IMG/VR virus record: IMGVR_UViG_3300037722_000495
Location: 1-63,918 of that record
Source of the DNA: a virus
Taxonomy: Duplodnaviria; Caudoviricetes
Strand: one strand, 5' to 3'
DNA length: 63,918 nucleotides
The translations under genes and the position numbers were made by a program. Position 1 is the stretch's first letter, and each line of letters starts with the position of its first letter. Of the stretch, positions 45,810 to 54,955 are shown one piece after another. The notes under the pieces are model-generated. The model was not told the origin of the DNA, did no database searches, and worked only from the letters and a program-made list of their open reading frames with translations.

Positions 45810-48503
45810 ATGAGAGATATTCTAATCAACGATCTCAAGAAAAGACTGGCAGATGAAATAACAAATAACATGCCATTAAAGTATCTCAGAAATCATTCCA
45901 TTGAAGAATGTTTCAACTTAACTGTACCAGTAATGTATCTGTATACAAAGAAACCTAAGAGGCAACAAGATGTGATCATTTTGATGTCTGAATTAATCTG
46001 TGCAATAGGACATAAAATAAGAGATACATTTAAACTTAAGAAAGACACTTCTTTAGCTGCAAAAACTGGTGCATTTTTTCTTTATTCTTTTGAAAGAGCA
46101 GAAATCGTAAGAACGTTTTTAGGTAAAGGAAAAAATGATCACGGAACAATGCTGGTTGATCTTTTAGAACCGGATACTCTCTCAGAGTTATGGACTAACT
46201 TACCAGAAGAACACAAGGATAAACTACCTTCAGAAACACCTTTCGAACCTTGGATGACTACTAAACATCCAACTGGTAAAAACATGGTGAAAACTCGTTA
46301 CAATCCTGTTTTAAAAACAATCAAATTAGACACCCACAAAATTCTATTTGATAATTTAAACAGATCACAACAAGTTGGTTGGTTAATTAACAAAGAGATT
46401 TATAGTATATCAAGGTGGGCTTTGAGAAATAAAGTTGAAGCCTTTTCAGATATTTGGGAACAACACAATCCCGAAGCTAAAGCAACAAAGTTAAGAGAAG
46501 CGAAATCTATAATTGAAATTGCTACATTGTTTTTAGATAAAACTTTCTATCATCTTTATAGCTACGATTTCAGAGGTAGAAAATATGTTTCTACAGCCTA
46601 TCTAAATGAACAAGGGGGTGATCTGTCAAGAGGATTACTTTTGAGAAAAGATAAGAAATCAATAGGAAAACAAGGTTTCTTTTGGTTGATGGTCTCAATT
46701 GCAACAAATTGGGGTGGTGACTCCGGTAGAGAAGATGAATTGAAAACTGACAAGATCCCATTAGAAGACAGATGTCTTTGGTCGGTAGATAATGAAGAAA
46801 TCTTATTAGCCTATGCAGAGCAACCTAAGATTAATCAGGGGTGGATGTCAGCTGATAAACCTTGGCAATTTTTGGCTGCTTGTATTGAACTAAAGAATCT
46901 AAGAGTATGGCAATGTAATTTCACAAGAGAAAGAATTGATACTCCTTCTGGAACATTTTATACTAGTCCAGATTTCAATAATTTTGAATATGAGTCTCAT
47001 CTTGAATGTTATGTGGATGGTAGCAACAACGGTAGTCAACATTTATCTGCACTCACAAGAGATCATGTGACTGCACCCTTAGTTAATCTTGTAAAAAGTA
47101 AATTTCCTGGAGATCTTTATAAGTTTATAGCAGATAATGTATGGGATAAGATACAAGCCATCTTAGATGATTTTGATGATTCGATTATCATGAAATGTGA
47201 AATTTTCATTGATAACATGATAGAGTTTAAGAAACGAATTATCGCAGCTGAACCAAATAGTGATATACGGAAGGAAGCTGTAGAAAGTATCAAAAAGTTA
47301 AAAAATGATAATAAAGGTATCAGTGAACAGGCATGTGCAGTGTTCTGGTGTAGGATAAAGGACGCTAAACATAAGAGAAAAATTGTTAAAAGAAACATTA
47401 TGACACTTCCGTTGATTGGCGGAAGTAAAATCGGGTGAACTCAGGAGATCTCCATTCGCCGTGGACAATCCTGAGCCAAGCTTGAGTGGGAACACTCTTG
47501 AAGGTGCAACGACTAGAACATACCATCCAGGACGGATGATGAAGTTCATAGAGTCAAGTGACTCGAAGCGCCCGACTTATAAGCGACCAAATTGCTTATT
47601 TGATGATATAGTCTGGTCTGTATAGTAATATACAGCTGTAAGTGATTTTGAACAGAAAGGAGGATATAAAGGAAAGAAATTATATTTAGGTCTTTTCGAT
47701 ACTGCTGAGGAGGCCAATAAACGTGTAAAAGAAGAAACGAAGAGATTGTACGGCGAATTTGCAAACTCTGATTAACAAAAATCACTTACGGGTAAAGTCT
47801 AATGAACTTTGCTGAACATTACGATGGCGGAACTCCTTATGGCTTAGGACAACAGCAAATAGATGATGCAAAGAAACATGGGATAGAGCTGCTCTATTAC
47901 ATGGAACATAAATGGGGAGCATACCTAGGGAGACTTATATTTGAGACATGTAAAAGTGCTCTCCAAAGACCAATGCAATTGCTATCTATATTTGAACAAG
48001 CTGGAAAGAAAGCAGAAGAGGAAAATAGATGTTTATCTTGGACAGTTCCAATAACTAACTTTCCCGTAGTACAATATTATACTGAAGGAATTGTTCAAAA
48101 AACTTGGATACAATATGGTCCTCCTTATGGTCCTAAACTAAGTACTGGTTATTACCGTAATACCTTACAATTACGTTTATGCTTCATTGAGAAAACAATT
48201 CTATCAAAAAGAAAGCAATCTCAGGGAGCCAGTCCTAATGCTATTCACAGTTTAGATGCAGCGCATTTAGCATTGACAATCGATAGGTGTCCTTTTCCTG
48301 TGACTACTATTCATGATTCTTTTGGATCACTCCTTGCTGATATGCCAGATTTATACAGAATTGTCAGAGAGACTTTTGTAGAGTTGTATCTGGAAAATCC
48401 TCTGACAAAATTAATGGAAGATATAGGAGGAAACATAGATGAAATAGAAATGGGTGAACTAGATATCACAGAAGTCTTGGAATCCGAGTATTGTTTTTCT
48501 TAA
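45810..48503 (+). CDS. T7-type single-subunit RNA polymerase (RNAP2); join(45810..47412,47824..48503), about 760 aa
   Basis: DFRGRKY, motif A DGSNNGSQH, spliced motif B RKIVKRNIMTLPYGG, SPNAIHSLDA, motif C IHDSF, terminal YCFS. Confidence 0.93.
47413..47823 (+). mobile_element. Group I intron 3 (411 nt) in RNAP2 motif B
   Basis: P1 ACTTCCGT/GCGGAAGT with U-G; core AATCCTGAGC, GTGCAACGACT, GATATAGTC; P3 TCGGG/CCCGA; ends in G; T+AT restores the motif B Tyr. Confidence 0.92.
47662..47775 (+). pseudogene. Remnant of HNH-AP2 homing endonuclease (AP2 tail only)
   Basis: Reads GYKGKKLYLGLFDTAEEANKRVKEETKRLYGEFANSD*, similar to the intron 2 endonuclease C-terminus; no in-frame start. Confidence 0.75.
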
Positions 48504-48560
48504 AAAGGAATAACATGTTAATACGAATCAAAAATAATTGACACTGCTGAAGGAGAAGTA

Positions 48561-48842
48561 ATGATGATTCGTGAGTTTAAGCTTAATGTAAAAAATAAAA
48601 TAATGTTATACTTGTTTCTTCGATATCCTACACAAAAAAGCATTACAGAAGCTTTAGAGCTATCCGAAAATTTTACAACAGAAACGTATGTAGAAGGTTT
48701 CTATCCATTATGGCTACTTATTATTGAAGACGAGACTATCGGACTCATTGGACATAAAAACGATACTTTTTGTTATGCTGATAATTCAGTCTGTGGTGGA
48801 TACCTTCTTTCCGAAATATGTAATAATCTGAATAATGTTTAA
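48561..48842 (+). CDS. Hypothetical protein
   Basis: AAGGAG RBS. Confidence 0.55.
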   Translation: MMIREFKLNVKNKIMLYLFLRYPTQKSITEALELSENFTTETYVEGFYPLWLLIIEDETIGLIGHKNDTFCYADNSVCGGYLLSEICNNLNNV

Positions 48843-48875
48843 CAACTAAAGTATCAATTATTTTTAAGGAGTAAT

Positions 48876-49316
48876 ATGTTAAAACTGACAAAAAAAGAAC
48901 ATATTCAATTAGTTCGAGATGACGAACTTAAAGAAGAGCTTTACGCATTAATGCAATTATTTAGTATAACAGATACTGAAACATTTGAAGAATATTTTGG
49001 TGGCAATACTTATATAGTTGAAAAGGAAGATGATCTAAAAGATATTTCAACTTATTTAACTACAGAAGATGATAGTAGATTTTTAAATCTTCATGAAATT
49101 GCTGCAAGTTTTGATGTAGCTGAATATTTACCCTCCATGAATTGGATTCATATTTTCTCTGTTACGAATAATGCTGGAGGACCTGCTTATTACATACCAA
49201 AAGAAGTATTTAATAAAAATCGAAACGCACAAGACTCAATTATCATAACACATTTCGGGGAAATTAAAGTAAATAGTGTAACAACTTATCTGAAAGATAG
49301 ACAAAATTCTTTTTAA
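48876..49316 (+). CDS. Hypothetical protein
   Basis: AAGGAG RBS; TNNAGG..YYIP motif. Confidence 0.6.
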   Translation: MLKLTKKEHIQLVRDDELKEELYALMQLFSITDTETFEEYFGGNTYIVEKEDDLKDISTYLTTEDDSRFLNLHEIAASFDVAEYLPSMNWIHIFSVTNNAGGPAYYIPKEVFNKNRNAQDSIIITHFGEIKVNSVTTYLKDRQNSF

Positions 49317-49330
49317 AAGAAAAGTAAACT

Positions 49331-49344
49331 CGTTAAATTAACCC
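49331..49344 (+). promoter_or_regulatory. Motif A copy 3
   Basis: CGTTAAATTAACCC(AC) directly upstream of the SSB/replication operon. Confidence 0.65.
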
Positions 49345-49376
49345 ACTAGAAATTCTTAATGAAAGGTATCAGAAAA

Positions 49377-49928
49377 ATGGCAATTATTAAAAATGCAGAA
49401 CTATGGTTTCCCCGTTTGTCCCCCAACCATCCCTCAATGCGCTTTTCAAAAACCAATCCTCAATGGGAAGTACAACTAAGAACATCGAACAAAGATGTTA
49501 AAAATGAATGGAAAGCTTTAGGTCTTAAAGTTGTTTCTGTTGTACCTGATGATGACCCTACCCAGATGTACTTTCGCGTAAACCTGAATAAGAAAAAATT
49601 TAAAGCAGATGGCAGTGAAGCAAAACATGTGGAAGTAATCGATGGTAAAAGACAACCAATTGATCCTAATAGTATTGGAAATGGTTCTATTGGAAATGTC
49701 CGTGTATTTGTACGTGATTATACCAAGCCGGATGGAACTGAAGGTAAAAGTTTTGTTCTTATGGCAGTTCAAGTAGTAAAACATATTATTTATATTGGTG
49801 AACATGAAGATTTTGATGTAGAGGATACAGAGATTATCGTTCCAGAAGGTATGGAATTGAATGATAGTGATGATGAACCCAAGGAACCAGTAAATCCTAA
49901 AAATCAAAGGCCGGAAGACACTTTTTAA
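49377..49928 (+). CDS. Single-stranded DNA-binding protein (T7 gp2.5-like)
   Basis: IGNGS.GNV and L.AVQV motifs; acidic tail ending in Phe; precedes polymerase. Confidence 0.75.
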   Translation: MAIIKNAELWFPRLSPNHPSMRFSKTNPQWEVQLRTSNKDVKNEWKALGLKVVSVVPDDDPTQMYFRVNLNKKKFKADGSEAKHVEVIDGKRQPIDPNSIGNGSIGNVRVFVRDYTKPDGTEGKSFVLMAVQVVKHIIYIGEHEDFDVEDTEIIVPEGMELNDSDDEPKEPVNPKNQRPEDTF

Positions 49929-49940
49929 ATAAAGCATGAT

Positions 49941-49966
49941 GAGGGGGGTCCTTCGGGACCCCCCTC
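49941..49966 (+). other. 11-bp GC hairpin with C(UUCG)G tetraloop
   Basis: GAGGGGGGTCC-TTCG-GGACCCCCCTC, no U tract. Confidence 0.75.
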
Positions 49967-49980
49967 TAATGGAGACATTA

Positions 49981-50388
49981 ATGAATTCAGATATACTTAT
50001 TACTTGTCCAAAATGTATGAAAGCTTGTCCAATACATGAACAATACTGTTACCATTGTAATGCACCTTTACTTAATATTACATCAGATCATTCAGAACAT
50101 ATTCTAAACGATAATGTGAATCCTAGTCATTATCAAGGTTACTTCGAAGATCTACAATGGTTAGAAACAATGTGTAGAATTGAACCTTTCACAGTAAATC
50201 CAGATAAATTTGAAGGTGCTCTTGAATTACAAATTCGAAAATACTTAGATCGTAAAGGTAAAAAAGATAAAGATATACAAGAAGTCTGTAAAGCTCTTTG
50301 GTATATGAAATTCCTTACAGCTTGGTTGTTGAATGATAAGAAGCCAATTAAAGTATCTGAAATAAATAATATTCTTAAGGATATCTAA
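49981..50388 (+). CDS. DUF3310 / T7 gp1.7-like nucleotide kinase with N-terminal zinc ribbon
   Basis: DNVNPSHY, KYL.R.GKK, KA.WY motifs; GGAG RBS before 49981. Confidence 0.65.
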   Translation: MNSDILITCPKCMKACPIHEQYCYHCNAPLLNITSDHSEHILNDNVNPSHYQGYFEDLQWLETMCRIEPFTVNPDKFEGALELQIRKYLDRKGKKDKDIQEVCKALWYMKFLTAWLLNDKKPIKVSEINNILKDI

Positions 50389-52274
50389 TGTCTAGATGGG
50401 TTCTAGATACCGAAACAAACGGTCTATTATTACAAGCAGACAGATTGTGGGTACTTAGTATTTATAATATGGATACAGGAGAACATCTGACTTTTTTAGA
50501 AGGAGATATGAGATGGATTGATATTCTCAAAGATGCAAAACTCTTAGTTGGTCATAATCTCTTAGGTTATGATATTCCTGTTTTAGAAAAGATATGTGGC
50601 TGGAAACCTTCTAAAGACACTACTCTACATGATACTCTGATTCTTTCTCAAACTTTGGATTATAATAGACTGAATTGCAAGCATAGTCTGGAAGCTTGGG
50701 GTGAATACTTCAATTACAAGAAAATTGAATTTCATGAATTCGAACAATTCTCACCAGAAATGGTTCCATATTGTGAACAAGATGTAAGATTGACATTTAA
50801 GATCTATGAAAAACTGCTAAAAGAAGCCGGAGAATTAATTTCCAAAAATTTCCTATTCAAGATTTATCTTCAAGCAGAACACGCAGTAGCAAAATGGTGC
50901 GCCAAAGCTACGCTACATGGTTGGCCTTTTGATGTCGAAGAAGGACTCAAGCTGATCACTCAGCTAGAAGCAGAAATGCAAAAAGCTAAGGATGCATTGG
51001 AATCAAAATTAGGCTGGAAATGTGTTGCAGTAGACAAATGTAAAGGTGTCTATGAAACGAAATATCCTCAGTGGACTAAACAAGGTCTCTATAACCAATC
51101 CACAGCTAGATGGTTCGGTGTAACTCCTGAAAGTGGTATCGATGATCCTTCTATGTCACATCTAAAAGGTCATCGAATGATAAATGGTGAGTATTCCAGA
51201 GTTGAATTTCAACCACTTAAATTAAGCTCTTCTGCAGATGTTAAAATGTTTTTATACAGACATGGTTGGGTTCCTACAGAATGGAACTTTGTAAAAGATC
51301 CAGTAACAGGAAATAAAAGAAAAAGTACACCCAAAATTACAGAGGAGTCTTTAGAACTATTGGGTGGTGAAGGCGCTCTTTATCCATTATATCAGACTGC
51401 AAAATCCAGGTATGGTATATTGAAAACTTGGTTGGAAAATGTTGATGAAAATCACCTTCTTCATGGTACGTGTATACCAATTGGTACACCAAGTATGAGA
51501 GCGACACATAATATAATAGTAAATATCCCTTCCGCAGATTCATTGTGGGGTAAAGAATTAAGAAGTTTGTTTAAATGCAAACCTGGATGGAAACTCATAG
51601 GTTGTGACTCTTCTGGTAATCAAGCAAGAGGTTTAGCTCATTATTTAGGTGATAAAGATTTTATTGAAACATTATTAAATGGTGATATACATCAGTATAA
51701 TGCAGATGTGTTAACAAGAGTTTTATCTGATATGGGTATTGATTTCACGGTTCCCAGACCAGCAGCAAAGAGAATCTTATATGCTTTTCTCTTCGGTGCT
51801 TCAGGAGCTAAGCTTTGGAGTTATCTTTTTGGAATTCCTAATCCAATTAAAGGAAATAAACTTAAAGATGGTTTTCTCAAAGCTGTCCCTGGATTTAAGA
51901 AATTAATTGACAGATTAGAAGAAGTATTTAATAAGACTTCTGCAGTAGGTGATGGATATATTCCTTCACTTGTCGGAAACAAACTTTATGTAAACAGTAA
52001 ACACAAGCTTCTTGTCTTTCTTCTTCAAGCTACTGAAAAGATAACTTGTTCAGCTGCAATTATGTTAACAATGCAAAGATTAGAAGAAGAGAATATTCCT
52101 TATATACCATGTATATTTTACCATGATGAAGAAGATTTTATGGTACCAGAAGAATATTCTGAAAAGGCTGCAGCCATTGGTAAACAATCTTTTATTGATG
52201 GTCCAAAACTTTTCGGAATTGAAATTATGAATGGTGATTCTAAGATTGGAGACAATTGGTATGAAATCCATTAA
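50388..52274 (+). CDS. polA: Family A DNA polymerase with 3'-5' exonuclease
   Basis: LDTET, GHN..GYD, YCEQDV; motif A GCDSSGNQAR, motif B R.AAK...YAFLFG, motif C YHDE. Confidence 0.92.
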   Translation: MSRWVLDTETNGLLLQADRLWVLSIYNMDTGEHLTFLEGDMRWIDILKDAKLLVGHNLLGYDIPVLEKICGWKPSKDTTLHDTLILSQTLDYNRLNCKHSLEAWGEYFNYKKIEFHEFEQFSPEMVPYCEQDVRLTFKIYEKLLKEAGELISKNFLFKIYLQAEHAVAKWCAKATLHGWPFDVEEGLKLITQLEAEMQKAKDALESKLGWKCVAVDKCKGVYETKYPQWTKQGLYNQSTARWFGVTPESGIDDPSMSHLKGHRMINGEYSRVEFQPLKLSSSADVKMFLYRHGWVPTEWNFVKDPVTGNKRKSTPKITEESLELLGGEGALYPLYQTAKSRYGILKTWLENVDENHLLHGTCIPIGTPSMRATHNIIVNIPSADSLWGKELRSLFKCKPGWKLIGCDSSGNQARGLAHYLGDKDFIETLLNGDIHQYNADVLTRVLSDMGIDFTVPRPAAKRILYAFLFGASGAKLWSYLFGIPNPIKGNKLKDGFLKAVPGFKKLIDRLEEVFNKTSAVGDGYIPSLVGNKLYVNSKHKLLVFLLQATEKITCSAAIMLTMQRLEEENIPYIPCIFYHDEEDFMVPEEYSEKAAAIGKQSFIDGPKLFGIEIMNGDSKIGDNWYEIH

Positions 52275-52465
52275 GTTTTATATTTGTACAGATTCATTAA
52301 AATCATACCATTCTTTAATGAAATGGCGTGGACTTAATAAAGAAACATATAAATTTCTTCCATCAGTGGAAACAATTATTGGTAACAGATTTAAGATTTT
52401 TTATGTCGGTAATTTCGAGAAACATCCTGATTTTAAAAGCATTTTCAAATTAGATAGGATACGAA

Positions 52466-52744
52466 ATGGCAAAATTGAACCTTAATAGTGAACTTGTGAT
52501 TTTTATGAATGATATTTCAGAAGAAACAATTAGATTGTTCTTCGAAGGATATAGTAGAGCTGATACTGTATTAATTGGTAGAGCATGTAATGTTATTAAG
52601 GAGATTGGAGGAATCTTATTTTACAAAGACAAAATCTTGAAACCCAGATTTCATTTTCAAACTAATGGAGAGCCTGCTAGATTGGAAGAATTGTATATCT
52701 ATGATGGACAGGAGTTCACATTAGCACAAATATTAATGAGTTAG
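52466..52744 (+). CDS. Hypothetical protein
   Basis: Co-directional ORF with AGGA RBS. Confidence 0.5.
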   Translation: MAKLNLNSELVIFMNDISEETIRLFFEGYSRADTVLIGRACNVIKEIGGILFYKDKILKPRFHFQTNGEPARLEELYIYDGQEFTLAQILMS

Positions 52745-52752
52745 GAGTAAAA

Positions 52753-53184
52753 ATGTATTGGAAATATTTTAGGCTCTTATTACATTACAAGTATATTGCA
52801 TTCTTCGAGTGTTTGAAAAGAGGTATATTCATTTACGCTTTTACTTTTTATAATTATGAATTTAGACCAAGTATTTTTATCCATAAAGCTAAGAAATTCT
52901 CCGACATAAGTAGGGTGACTCAAGAAGAAATAGAGAAAATTAAACTCGTTGAATACCATATAAATAAACAAAGTCTTAAATATTGGAGTAATGATAAGAT
53001 AAAAATCGAAATTCCTAATAAATATGCAAATCGTTTTTATATTACTTTACTTGTTTTGGGACGAATGGGTGGCTTTTCACCGAGGAAATTCTTTGAAGTA
53101 AATTGTGATAATATTAAAAAAATATCTCATCCAAAAACATATGCTAAAATAGGTCGAATTTGTATTACGGGAGAACTTCTATGA
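52753..53184 (+). CDS. Hypothetical protein
   Basis: AGGAG RBS; ATGA overlap with exonuclease. Confidence 0.5.
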   Translation: MYWKYFRLLLHYKYIAFFECLKRGIFIYAFTFYNYEFRPSIFIHKAKKFSDISRVTQEEIEKIKLVEYHINKQSLKYWSNDKIKIEIPNKYANRFYITLLVLGRMGGFSPRKFFEVNCDNIKKISHPKTYAKIGRICITGELL

Positions 53185-53984
53185 TTGCTATAATTGATGG
53201 AGATATCTTGTGTTATTCAGCCTGTAAAGATAGATGGAAAACAAAATATGATACTCCACCACCTATTCAGCTAGACTCTAATGGTAAAAAAATACCATTG
53301 GAATTCACAAAAGTTGATGATACACTTTATATGAAAACTGTCTGGAAGAATTTCAAGAAAGAATTACAAGAATTATTAGATGAATTATTCTGTGATGAAT
53401 TCATGATGGCTGTCAAAGGTGGAGAAGATAATTATAGAAATGCTATTTATCCAGAATATAAAGCAAATAGAAATCCTCAAAATGAGTTTGTTCCAGCTAT
53501 CAGAAAATTGGCTGTAAGAGAAGGTTTAGCAATCGAAGCTTCAGGTAGAGAGGCAGATGATCTGGTACGAATCTGGGCAGAGGAATGTCGTAAAATTAAC
53601 AAAGATTTTATAATCTGTTCCATTGATAAAGACCTTTTATGTATACCTGGTAAACACTATCTTATGCACAAAAAGACTTTCAAAGAAGTCTCTGAAGATG
53701 AAGGAATTAGACATTTCTATGAACAACTCTTAAAAGGTGATTCTACAGATAACATCCCAGGAATACCGGGAATTGGTAATGTTAAAGCTGCTAAACTTCT
53801 AAAAGATTTTAATACAGAAGAAGAATTTCAAAGAGTAATCGTGGAACAATACTTTCTATATTATGGTGAAGCATGTTGGTTAGATATGCTTTTGGTAAAT
53901 GGCAAGATGTTGTATATACAAAAAGAGCCTTATGATTTCTTCTCGTGTTTACATTGGTCTTCAGTGGAGGAGATGGTAATTTGA
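53181..53984 (+). CDS. 5'-3' exonuclease (T7 gp6 / FEN family)
   Basis: IIDGD, YKANR, EADD, SIDKDL, GDSTDNIPGIPGIG motifs. Confidence 0.9.
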   Translation: MIAIIDGDILCYSACKDRWKTKYDTPPPIQLDSNGKKIPLEFTKVDDTLYMKTVWKNFKKELQELLDELFCDEFMMAVKGGEDNYRNAIYPEYKANRNPQNEFVPAIRKLAVREGLAIEASGREADDLVRIWAEECRKINKDFIICSIDKDLLCIPGKHYLMHKKTFKEVSEDEGIRHFYEQLLKGDSTDNIPGIPGIGNVKAAKLLKDFNTEEEFQRVIVEQYFLYYGEACWLDMLLVNGKMLYIQKEPYDFFSCLHWSSVEEMVI

Positions 53985-54160
53985 AGAGATACGTAAATAA
54001 AAAGAATAATAAAGTATATTTTGTTTTATTTGAAGATGTACTTGAAGCAACAAATGGACAAGAAGATATAAAGAAAATTGTATATGTTTCAACAAGTGGA
54101 CAGCTTTTTTGTAGAGAGAAAAATGAATTTATGGAAAAATTTCAAAGGAGAGATTTTTAA
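53981..54160 (+). CDS. DUF1653-like small protein
   Basis: K...Y.V..ATN..VY..F.RE..EF..KF pattern; probable TTG start. Confidence 0.45.
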   Translation: MKRYVNKKNNKVYFVLFEDVLEATNGQEDIKKIVYVSTSGQLFCREKNEFMEKFQRRDF

Positions 54161-54363
54161 TGTTCTATCGTTGTGATGCTTGTAAAAGGCCTTCTGCTAC
54201 TGAAGATTGGGACAAAGCTACTAGGAGAGTTGATCCAGGTCTACAGAAAAGTAATTGGACAATAGATAGAGCATTTAAAGATCATTTGGTTGCATGTCCA
54301 TTATGTGATTTTATCGATACTTTTGAGTTTGTCAAGAAAGTTGATATAGCTTATGTTGAATAA
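54160..54363 (+). CDS. Small zinc-finger protein
   Basis: CDAC and CPLC; AGGAG RBS. Confidence 0.5.
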   Translation: MFYRCDACKRPSATEDWDKATRRVDPGLQKSNWTIDRAFKDHLVACPLCDFIDTFEFVKKVDIAYVE

Positions 54364-54775
54364 TGGTCATTGGAAATTTGATAAACAAATGGGTGATGGT
54401 GTAGGATTTATATACATAATTCGGGATAAAGATCTCAGACGATTTTATCTGGGAAAGAAATCATTTAAAGTAGGTAGAGGTCAACATAAAGGAAAAGACT
54501 CGGGTTGGCGAAAGTATAAGACTTCCTCACCAATAATGAAGACTCTTTTTGAGGGTAGACCACTTTCTGATTTTGAATTTATTTGTATTGAAGAATATAA
54601 AACAAAAGGGACCTTGAGTTATGCTGAAACTTGGACTCTATGTTTAGTGGAAGCACCTACTACGAGTACCTTTTATAATAAAAGAATCGAAGCAGTCTCT
54701 TGGAATGTTAAAGAACCTATTTCAGACAAACATAAGGAACGTCTTAGACAGGTTATTAATTGGGAGAAAGTATAA
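54353..54775 (+). CDS. GIY-YIG (Seg-like) nuclease
   Basis: GFIY.I.......YLGKK, W..Y.TSS, E, FYN motifs. Confidence 0.7.
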   Translation: MLNNGHWKFDKQMGDGVGFIYIIRDKDLRRFYLGKKSFKVGRGQHKGKDSGWRKYKTSSPIMKTLFEGRPLSDFEFICIEEYKTKGTLSYAETWTLCLVEAPTTSTFYNKRIEAVSWNVKEPISDKHKERLRQVINWEKV

Positions 54776-54955
54776 TGTATAAAGCATTTGAAAATGCTAT
54801 TAAATTCGTCCTGTTGATGATTATTATTGTTTCTTCATTTTATAATTGTTTTGAAATAATTCAAGGCTTTCAATTTGATACTATCAATTTGGGTTTATTG
54901 TCTTTTCATTCTTTTATAATTTATCTAGTGATTGCTAATCTAGGCTGCATAGGGA

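Noticed and set aside
47416-47625. 69-aa ORF, and minus-strand ORFs 15276-15539 and 47298-47549
   Set aside because: They lie over ribozyme cores; their mutual similarity reflects conserved RNA sequence
54353-54775. GIY-YIG gene as a fourth intron
   Set aside because: No group I core nearby and neighbouring genes are not split
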